A stretch of 64,000 nt of DNA from the NCBI RefSeq assembly GCF_009914755.1, contig NC_060925.1. One strand, given 5' to 3'. A program made the translations under genes and the position numbers. Origin of the DNA: the human T2T-CHM13v2.0 reference genome, Homo sapiens. The notes below the pieces were generated by a model. It made no database searches. It saw only the letters and a program-made list of their open reading frames with translations, and had not been told where the DNA came from. Shown one piece after another: positions 16,458-32,890 of this stretch (its first letter is position 1; each line of letters starts with the position of its first letter).

Positions 16458-16830
16458 CTATGAAGGGATGAATGACGTATGAAGAATTTTTCACACACAA
16501 TGCATTCATGTGGTTTTACTCTAGCAGGAATTTTTTTGTTCAGATTAAAATTTGGCATCTGGAGGTTTTTCTACACTGACTTATTTAATTTTACACAGTA
16601 TGTCTATCATATGACTTCTGCAAAAAATGACAACCCCATCATTAATGGTTTATTAGTTATTTTCTTTTATTACTAAGTCTGAACTTACACTGCTACCAAT
16701 ATCAGAGAAAGTGCAGGTTTTCTAACATAAACAAATTGAACATAAATGGATTGATTAGTCTACAACATGGCTCCCTCCCCTATAGCTATTAACAATACAG
16801 TAATATTCTCATATGCAGTTTCTTAGTATT

Positions 16831-17560
<730 letters not shown>

Positions 17561-17651
17561 AACAATACTGTTTTCAAGTGAACTATTTTGCAAACATTTA
17601 ACATCCATGTTACATTGAAGTATATATTTTTGGTAAAAACTTTGAGAATAA

Positions 17652-17992
<341 letters not shown>

Positions 17993-18059
17993 TAAACATA
18001 TGATTATATACTACAATTGACCCCAAGGGGGACTGCTTCCTCTTGTGAGGGCAAATTAC

Positions 18060-18120
18060 CTTAGATTTCTTGAAGAATTTTTGTACTGATCTTCAATGCT
18101 CTGGTCTTCCCCTTTGTTTC
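18060..18120 (-). CDS. ZNF124: ZNF124 exon 3 (61 nt, GNKGEDQSIEDQYKNSSRNLR)
   Basis: tttag|GA...AAG|gtaat; phase 1 in, phase 2 out. Confidence 0.93.
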
Positions 18121-18189
18121 CTAAAATGTAGACCCAGAAATATATTACAAATTATTTGAAATTATAGAAAAATTACTAGACTCTAGGTG

Positions 18190-18600
18190 CTATGTTGGGG
18201 ATATGGTTTGTACCCACCAAAATGAATGCTGTAATTTGGTCATCAATATGGCAACATTGTTTGTGTTATGGGTACAGATTCCTTATTAATAGATTAATGT
18301 CCTTGCTTGGGAATGCATGTTTTCTCTTACTCTTGCAAGACTGAATTAGTTGCCAGAGGGCAGGTTGTTATAAAAGCAAGTTTAGCTCCCAAGAATTGCT
18401 CTTATTTTCTTGCTGTGATCCCTTTGCACATGCCCACTTGCTTCTGCTTCATGCCCTGAGCTGAAGTAGCATCAGGTCCTTACCAGATGCAACCTTGGAC
18501 TTTCTAGCCACTAGAATCATAAACCAATATAAAACTATTTTTGTAAATTACCCAGGATCAGGTATTCTGTTATCACAATTAAAAAATAGACTAAGAAACA
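18190..18600 (+). mobile_element. MaLR LTR (MSTC/MLT1A-like)
   Basis: ttggactttctagccactagaatc...caggtattctgttatc...agactaag. Confidence 0.7.
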
Positions 18601-18669
18601 AGAGTCATTGCACACTGGGTCCATGCCTCATTCACTCATCAAAGTGTTCCCTTTGTACATTCCAAATCA

Positions 18670-18867
<198 letters not shown>

Positions 18868-18989
18868 CTAAAATATTCCACATTTTTGTAGAGGATGGAT
18901 GAGACTGAAAGCACTGGAAATCTGTAGTCAATTTATAAGATGTTCATCTGATTCTGTGGCGAACATTTATTCTACTATTTGGTCACTAG

Positions 18990-19337
<348 letters not shown>

Positions 19338-19479
19338 AGCAGTTCTTATGCTAAAGTTGAACTGTTCAGCAAGGCAGCAGCAGAGAAGGAACACCCTTCT
19401 TGTTGGTGGGTCCAGGGAGTAATATTTGCTGTTATGATTTTTCTTTATAGCATATACCTGCAGTACATATCATATCAAA

Positions 19480-19900
19480 GTCTTACTATCTGGTGTGCAT
19501 AAGAGAGTTAATATGAGCCGTCACAAGACTACTTACCCTTAGAAATACCTGCTACAAAGTTCAACCTTTGCTGGTATGAGGGAACTTACATTTTAAGAGG
19601 CATCCCAACAACCTAAGTGATAAAAGTAGCTCACTGTTGCTAAATAGTTTATCTAAACAATCTGGTATTTGCTGAACCCCTGTTTTCCTTCCAAAAGTCT
19701 ATTATTTTGTTTTATTGTAGCAGTGGTGCCTAGGGGGATCAGCCTCAATAAACAAACAAAAACACACTCTGAGCACTGAGTATCTGATGAGCTTCCCTGG
19801 TAGATAATATTTCATATATGATGTCACAACTTTTTAATTGGGAAATTGAGCCCAATCCACGTGGTTACACAAAGAGAAAATGTGTAGAAGCTTATAAGTG
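19480..19900 (+). mobile_element. MER21-like LTR fragment
   Basis: gcactgagtatctgatgagcttccctggtagataatatttca. Confidence 0.6.
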
Positions 19901-21502
19901 CTTCACTCAAGCCCAAATTTAATCAAGAGGTAATTAACACTAATAATCAATATTCAATAATCCAAAAATAATTATTTTACAATTTCTACTGAAAAATGTC
20001 AAAGCAGAATAGAATAAGTGAAAAGGCATGCGTTCAAAGAAAAAAACTCAATGTCATCTAGATGTCACCTCTTACAAATGATATTTATGTAAAATTTCAT
20101 AGATGCCTGAAACAGACTTTCTAGCAGTTCAGCAGAAACTACTTTTCAAAACCTACAGAAATAACAAACGCCTAACAACCGTCAAAGTCTTCTGAATAAC
20201 AGTGTGATGGTTTGCCTAATACACATCAATGATTTTCAAATATAATATTCAGGGCAGTGTAGTATAAGCAGAGAGATAAAGAACTAGGCCAAGAGAAAGG
20301 CATATAGTCTTTAATTAGCTGGAATTGATATGGAAAGCTGACTAATAACAGAGGAGGCATTGTAGGATAGTGAAGGAAGTATCAAGCACTTTAAACATGG
20401 AACAAAGCTAACCGGTATTTAATTGGGAAAAAAATGAATTGCATTGACCTCTATTAGTTGGACAATAATCAATTTGTCATATATTCAAAAGTAAAAAGTA
20501 TAAATAGACCACTTGCAGAAGTCACAGACAAGGTTTTTTTTGACATATGAATAGGAGAAAAGGAGCAAACAATAGAGACTGACAAATTCAAATATATTAA
20601 AATTAGGAGAATTAAAAGACAAAAAACAGTAAAATAAAAATCTGCAATACATGCAATATAAAAGAAATTAGTGTGCACAGTAAAAATGAATGAAAACATG
20701 ATTAAAAAATGGGAAAAAAAAGCAAAAGATACATAACAAGAAAAAAGACCATTTATGGAAAGAGATCCATTTTCTTGGTAATAAAACAGCCAAATAATAT
20801 GGCATATTACTATAATAATAATAGTAAATAATAGTCCACATTCTTTAGAAGAACAAAAATTAGAGAATCTCAAGTGGTGATTACCACACCAAATAAATAC
20901 GCAGAAATGAAGGCCAAGGCAGTGGATATACTCCATTGCTATTTCCAGTAATTTGAACTTTACCACAATCTACAGTCCAGTAATTTTTCTCTAATGTCCA
21001 GAAAATTTATTGTGCATTATCAGAGTTTATATTCAGCATTCTTAAGGAAAAGAAATTCCAACCATGAATTTCCCATCCAGCCAAAAGAAGCTTCATAATC
21101 ATTTTCAGACAAGCAACTACTAAGAGAATTTGTTCCCACTAGATCTGCCTTATAAGAGTTCCTAAAGGTAGTGCTAAATATGGAAAGATCATTAACAGCC
21201 ACCACAAAAACACACGTAAGTACATAGACCAGTGACACTATAAAGCAAGCATACAAACAAGTCTGCATAATAACTAGCTAACGACACAATAACAAGATCA
21301 AATCTACACATATGAATAGTAACCTTGAATGTAAATGGGCTAAATGCCCCAATTAAAAGGCAAAATGACAAGCTGGATAGAGAAACAAAACCAATCGTAT
21401 GCTGTCTTCAAGAGACCCATCTCACATGCAATGACGCCCACACATTCAAAGTAAAGAGATAGAGAAAAATCTACAACACAAATGGAAAACAGAAAAAAGT
21501 AA

Positions 21503-21635
21503 ATCTAGGAGCAATAGGCCATACCATATAGCCTAGGTGTGTGGTATATTATGCCATCTAGGTTTGCGTAAGTACACGCTATTATGTTCTCACTATAAAA
21601 CTGCCTAACAACACATTAAGCAATGTATGACTGTA
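21503..21635 (+). mobile_element. Tigger3 (MER7) 3'-end fragment
   Basis: ctaggagcaataggccataccatatagcctaggtg...ttaagcaatgtatgactgta. Confidence 0.75.
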
Positions 21636-23975
21636 TATCTTTACTTATATATAAAATATATTAACCCTTGGCAAAAAAAAAAAAAAAAGCAGGGATTACT
21701 AGTCAAATTTCAGATAAAACAGACTTTAAACCAAAAACAAAAAAAGACACGGGTATTACATATTGGTAAAAGGTTCAATCCAACAAGCAGACCTAACTAT
21801 CCTAAATACGTATGCACCCAACACAAGAGCACTCAGATTCATACGGCAAATTCTTACACACCTACAAAGAGACTTAACCACAGAGTTAACAGTGGGAGGC
21901 TTCAATGCCCCACTGATGGTATTAGATCATAAAGGCAGAAAACTAACAAAGATATTTGAGATCTGAACTCAACACTTCACCAAATGGACCTAATGGACAC
22001 CTACAGAACTCTTCACCAAAAAACAACAGAATATACATTCTTCTCAGCTGCACATGGCACATACTCTAAAATCAACCACACATTCAGCCATAAAACAATC
22101 CTCAACAAATCAAAAGAAAAAAATGAAATTAAGGTAGAAACCAAGAAATTATTTGAAACTAATAAGAACAAACATACAAGAATCTCTGGAACACAGCTAA
22201 GGCAGTGTTAAGAGGAAATTTTATAGCACTAAATGCCCACATCAAAAACTTTGAAAAGATCTCAAATTAGCAACCTAACATTACACTTAGAGGAACTAAA
22301 GAAACAAGAGCAGACCAACCCCAAAGCTAGCAGAAGACAAAAAAACCAAAATCAGAGATAAATTGAAGAGAGAGAGAAAAAAAAGCAAAAGATCAACAAC
22401 TTCAGGAGTCAATTTTTTGAAATAAGATAGATTGCTAGCTAGACTAATAAAGAAAAGAAAAGGAGAGAAGATCCATATAAACACAATCAGAAGTGACAAA
22501 AAGGGTATTACCACCAGACTCACAGAAACTAAAAAAAAAAAAAATCCCTCAGAGGCTATTATTACAAACATCTCTATGCATACAGGCTAGAAAACCTAGA
22601 AAAACGAATACATTCCTGGAAACAAAAAACCTCCCAAGATTGAACCAGGAAGAAATGGAATCCCTGAACAGAAAAATGAGCTCTGAAATTTAATCAGTAA
22701 TAATAAACCTATCAAACAGAAAAGCCAGGACCAGATGGTTTCACAGCTAAATTCTACCAGATGTATTAAGAAGAGCTGGTACCATTCCTTCTGAAACTAT
22801 TCTAAGAAACTAAAGAGGAGAAACTCCTTAACTCATTCTATGACAGCCAGCGTCATCCTGGCAGGCATACAACACATGGCAGGCATACAACAATGAAAAA
22901 GAAAACTTCAGGCCAATATCCTTGATGAACATAGATGAAAAATCCACAGATGTAAAATACTAGCAAACCAAATCCAGCACACACCAAAAACCTATTCCAC
23001 CACCATGATTAAGTAGGCATTATCCCTTGGATGTAACATTTCAATATATACAAGTCAATAAATGTGATTCACAACATAAACAAAACTAAAAACAAAAAAA
23101 CAACATGATCATCTCAATAGATGCAAAAAAAAGCTTTAAATAAATTTCAACATCCCTTCATGTTAAAAACCCTCAACAAACTAGGCATCGGAGAAACATA
23201 CTTCAAAATAATAAGAGCTATCTATGAAAAACCCACAGCCAACATCATAGTGAATAGGCAACAGCTGGAAACATTCCTCTTGAGAACTGGAACAAGGCAA
23301 GGATGCCCTCTTTTACCACTCCTATTAACATACTACTGAAATAAAATGCATCCAAATAGGAAGACAGGAAATCAAACTTCTCTGTTTGCAAATGATATGA
23401 TCCTATACCCCCCAAAACCCCACAGTCTCTGTTGAAAAGCTCCTGATAAACAACTTTAGCACAGTTTCAGGACAGAAAATAAATGTACAAAAATTAGGAG
23501 CATTTCTATACACGAATAATATCCATGCAGAGAGCCAAATCAGGAAGGCAATCCCATTCACAATAGCCACAAAAAGAATAAAATATCTAGGAATATAGCT
23601 AACCAGGAGATGAAAGATCTCTACAATGAGTTACAAGATGCTGCTGGGAAAAAAAAAACAAAACAAAACAAACAGAGATGATACAAATGAATGGAAAAAC
23701 ATTCCATGCTCATTGATAGGAAGAATTAATATTGCTAAAATGGTCCAACTACCCAAAGCAATTTAGATTCAATGCTATTCCTATCAAACTACCAATTACA
23801 TTGTTCACCAAATTAGATAAAACTATTTTAAAATTCATGTGGAACCAATAAAGATCCCACATAGCCAAGCAAGAAGAACAAAGTTTGGAGGCATCATATT
23901 AACCAACTTCAAACTATACTACAAAGCTACTGTAACCAAAACAGCATGGTAATGGTATAAAAACAGACAGACTGA

Positions 23976-24325
<350 letters not shown>

Positions 24326-24953
24326 ACCATCTGATTTTTGACAAAATCAACAAAAACAAATAATGAGGAAAGGACTTCCTATTCGATAAATGGTGCTAGG
24401 ATTACTGGCTAGCCACATGCAGAAGATTGAAACTGGACCCCTTCCTTACACCATATACAAATATAAACTTTAGATGCATTAAAGACTTAAATGTAAAAAT
24501 TTAAAGATAAAAAAACCCTGGAAGATAACCTAGGAAATACCATTCTGGACATAGGACCTGGCAAGTATTTCATGATGAAGATGCCCAAAGCGACTGCCAC
24601 AAAAGAAAAAGTTGACAAATGGGACATAATTAAACTAAAGAACTTCTTCACAGCAAAACAAACTAACGGGATTAAACAGAGAACCTACAAAGTGAGAGAA
24701 AATATCTGCAAACTATGCATCTAACAAGGGTCTAATATCCAGAATCTGTAAGAAACTTAAATAAATTAACAAGCAAAGAGGAAACAAGAATGAAACATTA
24801 AAAAGTGGGCAAAGGACATGAACACTTTTCAAAAGATATACAAACATGAGAAAAATGAACATTATCACTCATCACTAAAGAAATGCAAATTAAAACCACG
24901 ATGAGATACCATCTTATACCAGTCATAATGCTGTTACTAAAAACTCAAAAAAT

Positions 24954-25309
<356 letters not shown>

Positions 25310-25679
25310 TTATACACTGCTGGTGGGAATTCAATTCACTCATTTTGGAAAGCAGTGTGGTGATTTCTCAAAGAAATTAAAACAGAACTCCCATTCAACC
25401 TAGCAATCCCATTTATTGAGTATATATCCGAAGAAATAGAAATCATTCTACCATAAAGAAATATGCATGCATAGGTTCACTGTAGCATTATTCACAAATG
25501 TGTATATACCACATTTTCTTTGTCCAGTCTACTGTTGATGGGCATTTAGGTTGATTCCATGTATTTGCTATTGTGTACATGTACCCCTGAACCTAAAATA
25601 AACATTTACAAAATAAGCAGAATACATATACAATAAGAGTAAAACACATATAAAAGAAATCTGTGTCTTAAATCTTATG

Positions 25680-26350
25680 TAAAAAGTCTCTAAGGGCACA
25701 CCAGCAAGTTGGATAACATTGATGAGGTGAACAAATGTCTAGAAACACACAGTGTACCAAGAATGAATCATGAAGAATTAGAAAATCTAAACAGACTCAC
25801 AGTTATATGACATTGATGTAGTAATCAGAACCCCTAAATTGGACAGACACTACAACAAGCTACAAATGTTCTTTATAACTATTAATGCAGAAATCCTCAC
25901 TTAAATACCAACAAACCATATTTAGCATCATACTAACGCAGAAATCCTCACTTAAGTACTCACAAGCCATATTTAGCAGCACAGTAAAAGGATTATACAC
26001 CAAAACCAAGTGAGATTTATCCCTAAAATAAAATGGTTCAATATATGAAAAATCAATCAGTGTAATGTATGACATTTGCAAAATGACTGAAATATCGTAG
26101 CTATTGCAACGGATGCAGGAAAAGTATTTGGCAAATTATTAAGACCCACTCATGATAAAAATACACAATAAACTAGGACTACAAGGAAACTACAGTATGA
26201 AAAACCAGCACTAACATCACCATCAATGCTGAAATACCAAAACAAACAAGCAAAAAAACCCTTTTCTCCCAAGATCAGGAAAGAGCGGTAGAGAACCTCT
26301 GCTTTTATCACTCCCATTCAACACAGTATTGGAAATCCTGGCCACAGTGA
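25680..26350 (+). mobile_element. Older L1M ORF2 fragment
   Basis: aatgcagaaatcctc, attcaacacagtattggaaatcctggcc. Confidence 0.7.
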
Positions 26351-26689
26351 TCGGGCAAGGTTGCTGTACAGATTTAGCATTAATGTGCCAAATGCAGGCA
26401 ACAGAAAACAGCACAGACTTACCCACTCTAACAAATTCTTCATCCTGCAGGAAACAAACTGATGTTTTGGTTAATTTTTGTAATTCACCAATTTATGTAC
26501 CACACTTTTGTGTGTGGAAATGTATTCACTTTCTGTAATCATAAAGGAAGAGAGATTTTTCCTATTTCTCTTCCCTGGTAGCATTCCTGATTAAAAGCCC
26601 TAGAATTTCATTTGAAACTACCCAAAAGAAGAGACGAGACCTCAAAAAGTTACCACATACACTCAGGGGAATGAAAATAAAATATATCA

Positions 26690-28065
<1,376 letters not shown>

Positions 28066-29589
28066 TTTTTAATTAAAAAACTAAATATATATATAAAGTG
28101 GATTTAAAATATCTACATATATTTAAAATATCCACTTCTTTCTTTGCCTCTTTGTAAATATTTTATCTTTAAAGCTCTATTGATGAAATACATTTTATGT
28201 TTACCTAAGGCACCAATAAATGAACAAAGCTTTGCAAGAGGACAGCCCAGGGAGGAGCAGCGCTAACTGGAACACAGATATGTTTGACTCACATGTCAAG
28301 TAAGACCATCTCTCAAGCAGGAGATTCCCTGGTCCCCGGTCTCCTCATTGGAGAGACCACGTACTCAAGGACCAACCTCCCAGCGCAATGCACTGTGGCC
28401 CACTGTGTGCCTAAGGTGCAGTTTGCTTGGCAGGTTTTTGTGTCATCTTCCTGGGAAGAAATTTTCTTGTTCTTTAAGGTTGTTTTTCTCCCTTCACAAG
28501 TGTGAAAGAATCCAGAGGGCAGGAATCATTTCTGTCTCTCCCTCAAAATACCAGCATTGGATTGGATGACACCAGTGTCTCTCCCAGTGTCCCCACTGTG
28601 TCCTCCCACCCCATCCTGCTCAGGGAAGTACTCAATGCCCACCCTCCCCCAGAAACCTGTGCCGTGTCCCCACTGTGCCCCAAATGCATTTTGCTTTTCA
28701 GGTTCCTGCCTCACTGCGGGGCGGGGTTTCCTTGTACTTTGGAATAGCTGTTCTCCCTTCACAAGCATGAGACAATCCAGAGGGCAGAAATTCTTTCTTC
28801 CCTCAATACCAGTATCCGACTGCCTGACCAGCATTTTGTCTCTAAGGAGTGATAACGGGGGTAAGAGAAAAAAAAAAATCTAAGTCCCAGTGGATTAGCT
28901 TTTTAGAGGAAGAGTATAGAAGAGTATCCCAGGAGACTCCTCTCGGTCCCAGGGGATTCATGCCATCCAGCTGCTCCTCTGAGAGGCTCCACCCCTAAAC
29001 CTCACCTTGTCTTCTGGGAGAAGAGGACCCAACAGCTGACATTCACTATTTATGACACTCCAAGAGACAGGGCCAGTGTGGGCACATTAGGTCATCCTCA
29101 AACAGTTTTGAACCCAGGACCCAGAAAAGACAGGAGGGTGGCTGAGGACACAACACCACGTGAAGGTTCCAAAGGGAAACCTCCATCCAAAGACGTTTGT
29201 GAGTGTGCCTAGGGAAGACAAAAGGAGGAGAGGTACAAAGAATTTTTTATAGTGGACTAGATCAGGTGATTATTCTCTGTTTTCACAAGGAATGTTCAGA
29301 AACAGCTCCTCACTGCTCAGTGAAAACATGATAAACAATTACAATACTGCATCTGGTTCAAATGCACAATAAAGAACAAATAATAATGTTGTAAATTGGA
29401 AAGGGGAAGTTGGAGTTTGAGAGTACGAGGAAGAAACTGGAAATTCAGAATTTTACTGCAAGTTCTAGAAGAGTTAGGCTGGGGAATACGGTCATGGATT
29501 TGAGACCCTGCTTGCCTTACATTTGGAAAATGCAGGGGAAACCAGTACCCTTGTGGAAATAATTAAATAGGAAGAAATTAGACTGAAGT

Positions 29590-30050
29590 TGTAGCAGGAC
29601 AAGCTGCAGACAAAACCCCTCAGACACCGAGTTAAAGAAGGAAGGGCTTCATTCTGCCGGAAGCTTTGGCAAGACTCACGTCTCCAAAAAACCGAGCTCC
29701 CCAAGTGAGCAATTCCTGTCTCTTTTAAGGGCTTACAGCTCTAAGGGGGTCCGCGTGAGAGGGTCGTGATCGATTGAGCAAGCAGGGGGTACGTGACTGG
29801 GGGCTGCATGCACCGGCAATCAGAACGGAACAGAACAGGACAGGGATTTTCACAGTGCTTTTCCATACAATGTCTGGAATCTATAGATAACACAACCGGT
29901 CAGGTCAAGGGTCAATCTGTAACCAGGCCCAGGACGCGGCGCCGGGCTGTCTGCCTGTGGATTTCATTTCTGCCTTTTAGTTTTTACTTCTTCTTTCTTT
30001 GGAGGCAGAAATTGGGCATAAGACAATATGAGGGGTGGTCTCCTCCCTTA
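29590..30050 (-). mobile_element. Solo LTR2 (HERV-E/Harlequin)
   Basis: Minus strand begins TAAGGGAGGAGACCACCCCTCATATTGTCTTATGCCC and ends CCTGCTACA; short (a)agt duplication on both flanks. Confidence 0.9.
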
Positions 30051-30559
30051 AGTGATGATGGTGCCCTGAGTTCCTCACCAAGAAAACCTAAAGGTACTTC
30101 ATGCCTTTCTTGTAATTAACTTGAAGGGAAAGAAAACTTAACCCCAAATCAGCAATTTACCTCTGATTACATAACCAGGAACCATCCACCTAAATAATCC
30201 GAATAACAGAACTACATAATTATAACCAATCAGTTATTAAATTGGGGTTGCTTTGGGCTGGGCGGGGTAATCCCAGCACTTCGGGAGGTTGAGACCAGAA
30301 GTTCAAGACCAGCCTGGGCAACACAGGGAGACCCCCCCCCCGCCCCACCCGATCATTAAAATAAAAAATAAATAAATTTGGTTTGTTTCCTTACACACTT
30401 TACAGAAGCCTTTCCATCAAGACCGTCCGGTGGCCCACAAACCAAAAACCGTGGCTGGGTGCTCCCCTACTCATGAATCGCTGTTTGCTCAAACTCTGTA
30501 ACGCTTTAATTAAACCTCAGTTTAATTTTTAACAGGATTAAGGAGGGACTGGAAACGCC

Positions 30560-31220
30560 AGTGGCCACAGCTCCTCGCAGGCGCGAGCCCGCACACCGCG
30601 CTGGGCCTCTCCCCTGAGGCGCCTCGGGTCTCACTGCAGGATCCCGAGGAGCCGCGGGGCTGCGGGCGCGGGCCGGGGAGGGAAGCTGCTTCGGGCAGGA
30701 CGGAAGTCGCGGTGCAGAGACGGGACCGGAGCCCGGGGTGCCGCTGCCCGCCCAGCTCTGCCGGGCGCCAGAAAGGACCGAGGGCCGCGCCGCGCCGCGC
30801 CAGCAGGGACCCGGGTCCGCCCTCGGGAGCCGACCGCTGGGAGCCCGGGGCCCGGGGCCGCCACAGCCCCTTCCCTTCTCCAGACCCCCGGCGGCGCAAC
30901 TCACCATTTCCCAGCTTCCGGGGTGTCCCGACATCCTCCCTGCGAATCCCCCAGTACATGCAGGTCACAGGAGGGCCCCGGCTGCGGCAGAGCCTCCTGA
31001 ACCGCCGAGAGTGAAGGAGAAGCGCAGGGCTACTGACCGAGACACGCACGTGCGGGCACGAGAGACAAAGGCCGGGCACACCCGGAAGCCGCCTCGGGTT
31101 TTCTAGCGGAGCGCCGGATTAGGCAGTCCCCGCCCCGGTGCCCCTGATTGGGTAGGGCCTCAGGCCCCGCCCCCTCAGACTCTTAGTGACAGGTGACAGC
31201 TCCCGCGCGTGTCTGAATGA
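30560..31220 (-). promoter_or_regulatory. ZNF124: CpG island promoter / exon 1 of ZNF124
   Basis: CpG-dense; CCAAT (minus) 31147-31151, GC boxes ~31127 and 31165-31174, ETS-like ccggaag 31082-31088. Confidence 0.88.
30905..30934 (-). CDS. ZNF124: ZNF124 exon 1 coding part (MSGHPGSWEM)
   Basis: ATG at 30934, donor ATG|gtgag at 30904. Confidence 0.92.
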
Positions 31221-31487
31221 GGCAGCGTTCTGGCTACAGCTCTTCTCCAAGAGGGTTTCCTCTCTGGGTTGGGACCCAGCCTTGCCTAGGGGACATTCAT
31301 TTATATACACTTAACCTTGTATACAATGTTACATTCATTTGTGAATAATATATATGATATTTAAAATAGGAAACAATATAATAATAATTCTTTTAAAATT
31401 TCAGACTTATTAACCTTCATGGCCTCTGGTCTTCTGAGGAAGCAGTCTGAGGAGCCCGAGTTTTGAAAAGGGAAGCAATCCTCCAAG

Positions 31488-31800
31488 GCTGCGATTTCCA
31501 CAGAAATCACATGTGAGCCACAGGTGTCATTTTAAAATTTCTAGTAGCAACAGAAACGAGGAATAAACAGGTAAAATTGATTGCAATACTTTATTTAACT
31601 CAATATATACAAAATATTATAATTTAAATATATGATAAATATAATATTAATGAAGTATTTTTTGTTGTTCTGTTTTTTGGTACTAAATCTTTCAAAGTCA
31701 CTCTGCGTTTTAAACTTCCAGCATGTACCGATTCAGACCAGCCACATTCTAGGTGCTAAGTAGACCCCTGTGGGCAATGACTGTCACACTGAAGTGCAGT
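31488..31800. mobile_element. MER33 (hAT-Charlie) element
   Basis: gtgagccaca...ttttaaaatttctagtagc...gaccagccacattctaggtgct. Confidence 0.7.
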
Positions 31801-32459
31801 TTTGAGGGCTCTGGTTCCCCTGACCTCAGGGAGTGAAGGGCCCGAACCCCTCTTTTCTGCTAGAGGTGAGGGAATGCCCTCCTTCTGCTAACATCTCTCC
31901 TCAGGCCCAAGGGTGGCAGAGACAGTGCCCAGAGAGAGAAGTGGGCTGCAATAAAGAAGTATCTAGAGGGAGTCTACTATTTCCCACCTGCTCTTGCCAG
32001 GGGCCCAGCCTCTTCTATAGATAAGACAGTGAAAAAAAGATGAGGGGCCCCAGGAGAAGAAAACCCATGTCTTCAGATTTGTCCACAGCCTTAACCTCAG
32101 GACTTTAGATGTAGAGGGAATACATTAAAGACAAACTTCTCATTTTGCAATTTGGCTTTGGCCCTAATGGTCAGGCTGTGGTTTTCTGTTTCCTCCTGTG
32201 GTGTGGAATTTAAGTGTGTGAGTTTAAGCACAAATCACATGCATGTCTACGTGCACTTCTGTATGGCTCAACACCGTCTAACCAGAAATCCAACTTTACA
32301 TAAAGGGAAAAGGAAATCAGTACATACAGGGTGCCTTGTGTTTGCCTGGTAAATTGCAATCAACATGTCATTGAATCCTGGCATCCTGTCTGCACTAGGT
32401 GTACGTATTACCTATTGCTTCACAGTAAAATTCCCCAAAACGTATTAGATTGAGCTGGT

Positions 32460-32890
32460 CCACCTTCTAGGCTGGGCTCAAGTGAGCCATTCTTCTGGTC
32501 TCTGCTGGGCCCTTTCAGGCACGTGTGGTCAGCTGCTGGTTGACTAGGCAATGCTGCTTCTGAGGGTGAGCTGCCTGTCAACTGTGGCACTTTGGTTTTC
32601 CTCCCTATAGTATCTCATCCTCTAGCAGGCTAACATGGACTTGTTATTATGGAGATGACAGGGTTGTGAAATAAAAAGCAGAAGCATTCAAGAGCTTTTG
32701 TGCCTCGGCCCCAAACTGGCACATGGTCATATTCACAGCTTTCTACTGCCAGAGCAAATAAGGCCAGTGAGATTCAAGGTTTGGGAAACAGATTCTGCCT
32801 CTCAATGAAAGCAGCTATAAAAGCACATCACAAAGGGCATAAATACAGGAAGGGATGAAGAGTTGCTGCCATTTTTGCAATCAGTATCAT
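32460..32890 (-). mobile_element. MLT1-type LTR
   Basis: ctcatcctctagcaggctaacatggacttgtt...gccatttttgcaat. Confidence 0.65.

Noticed and set aside
16458-16558. ATG at 16558 as start of a standalone 312-aa protein
   Set aside because: Internal Met of the decayed spacer; the spliced KRAB-containing CDS explains the ORF
28095-28140. Short imperfect hairpin aagtggat...atccactt
   Set aside because: AT-rich L1 tail context; no evidence of an RNA gene
30506-31106. Several 100-185 aa ORFs in the CpG island
   Set aside because: GC-rich, stop-poor sequence; only the first 10 codons of 30506-30934 are exonic
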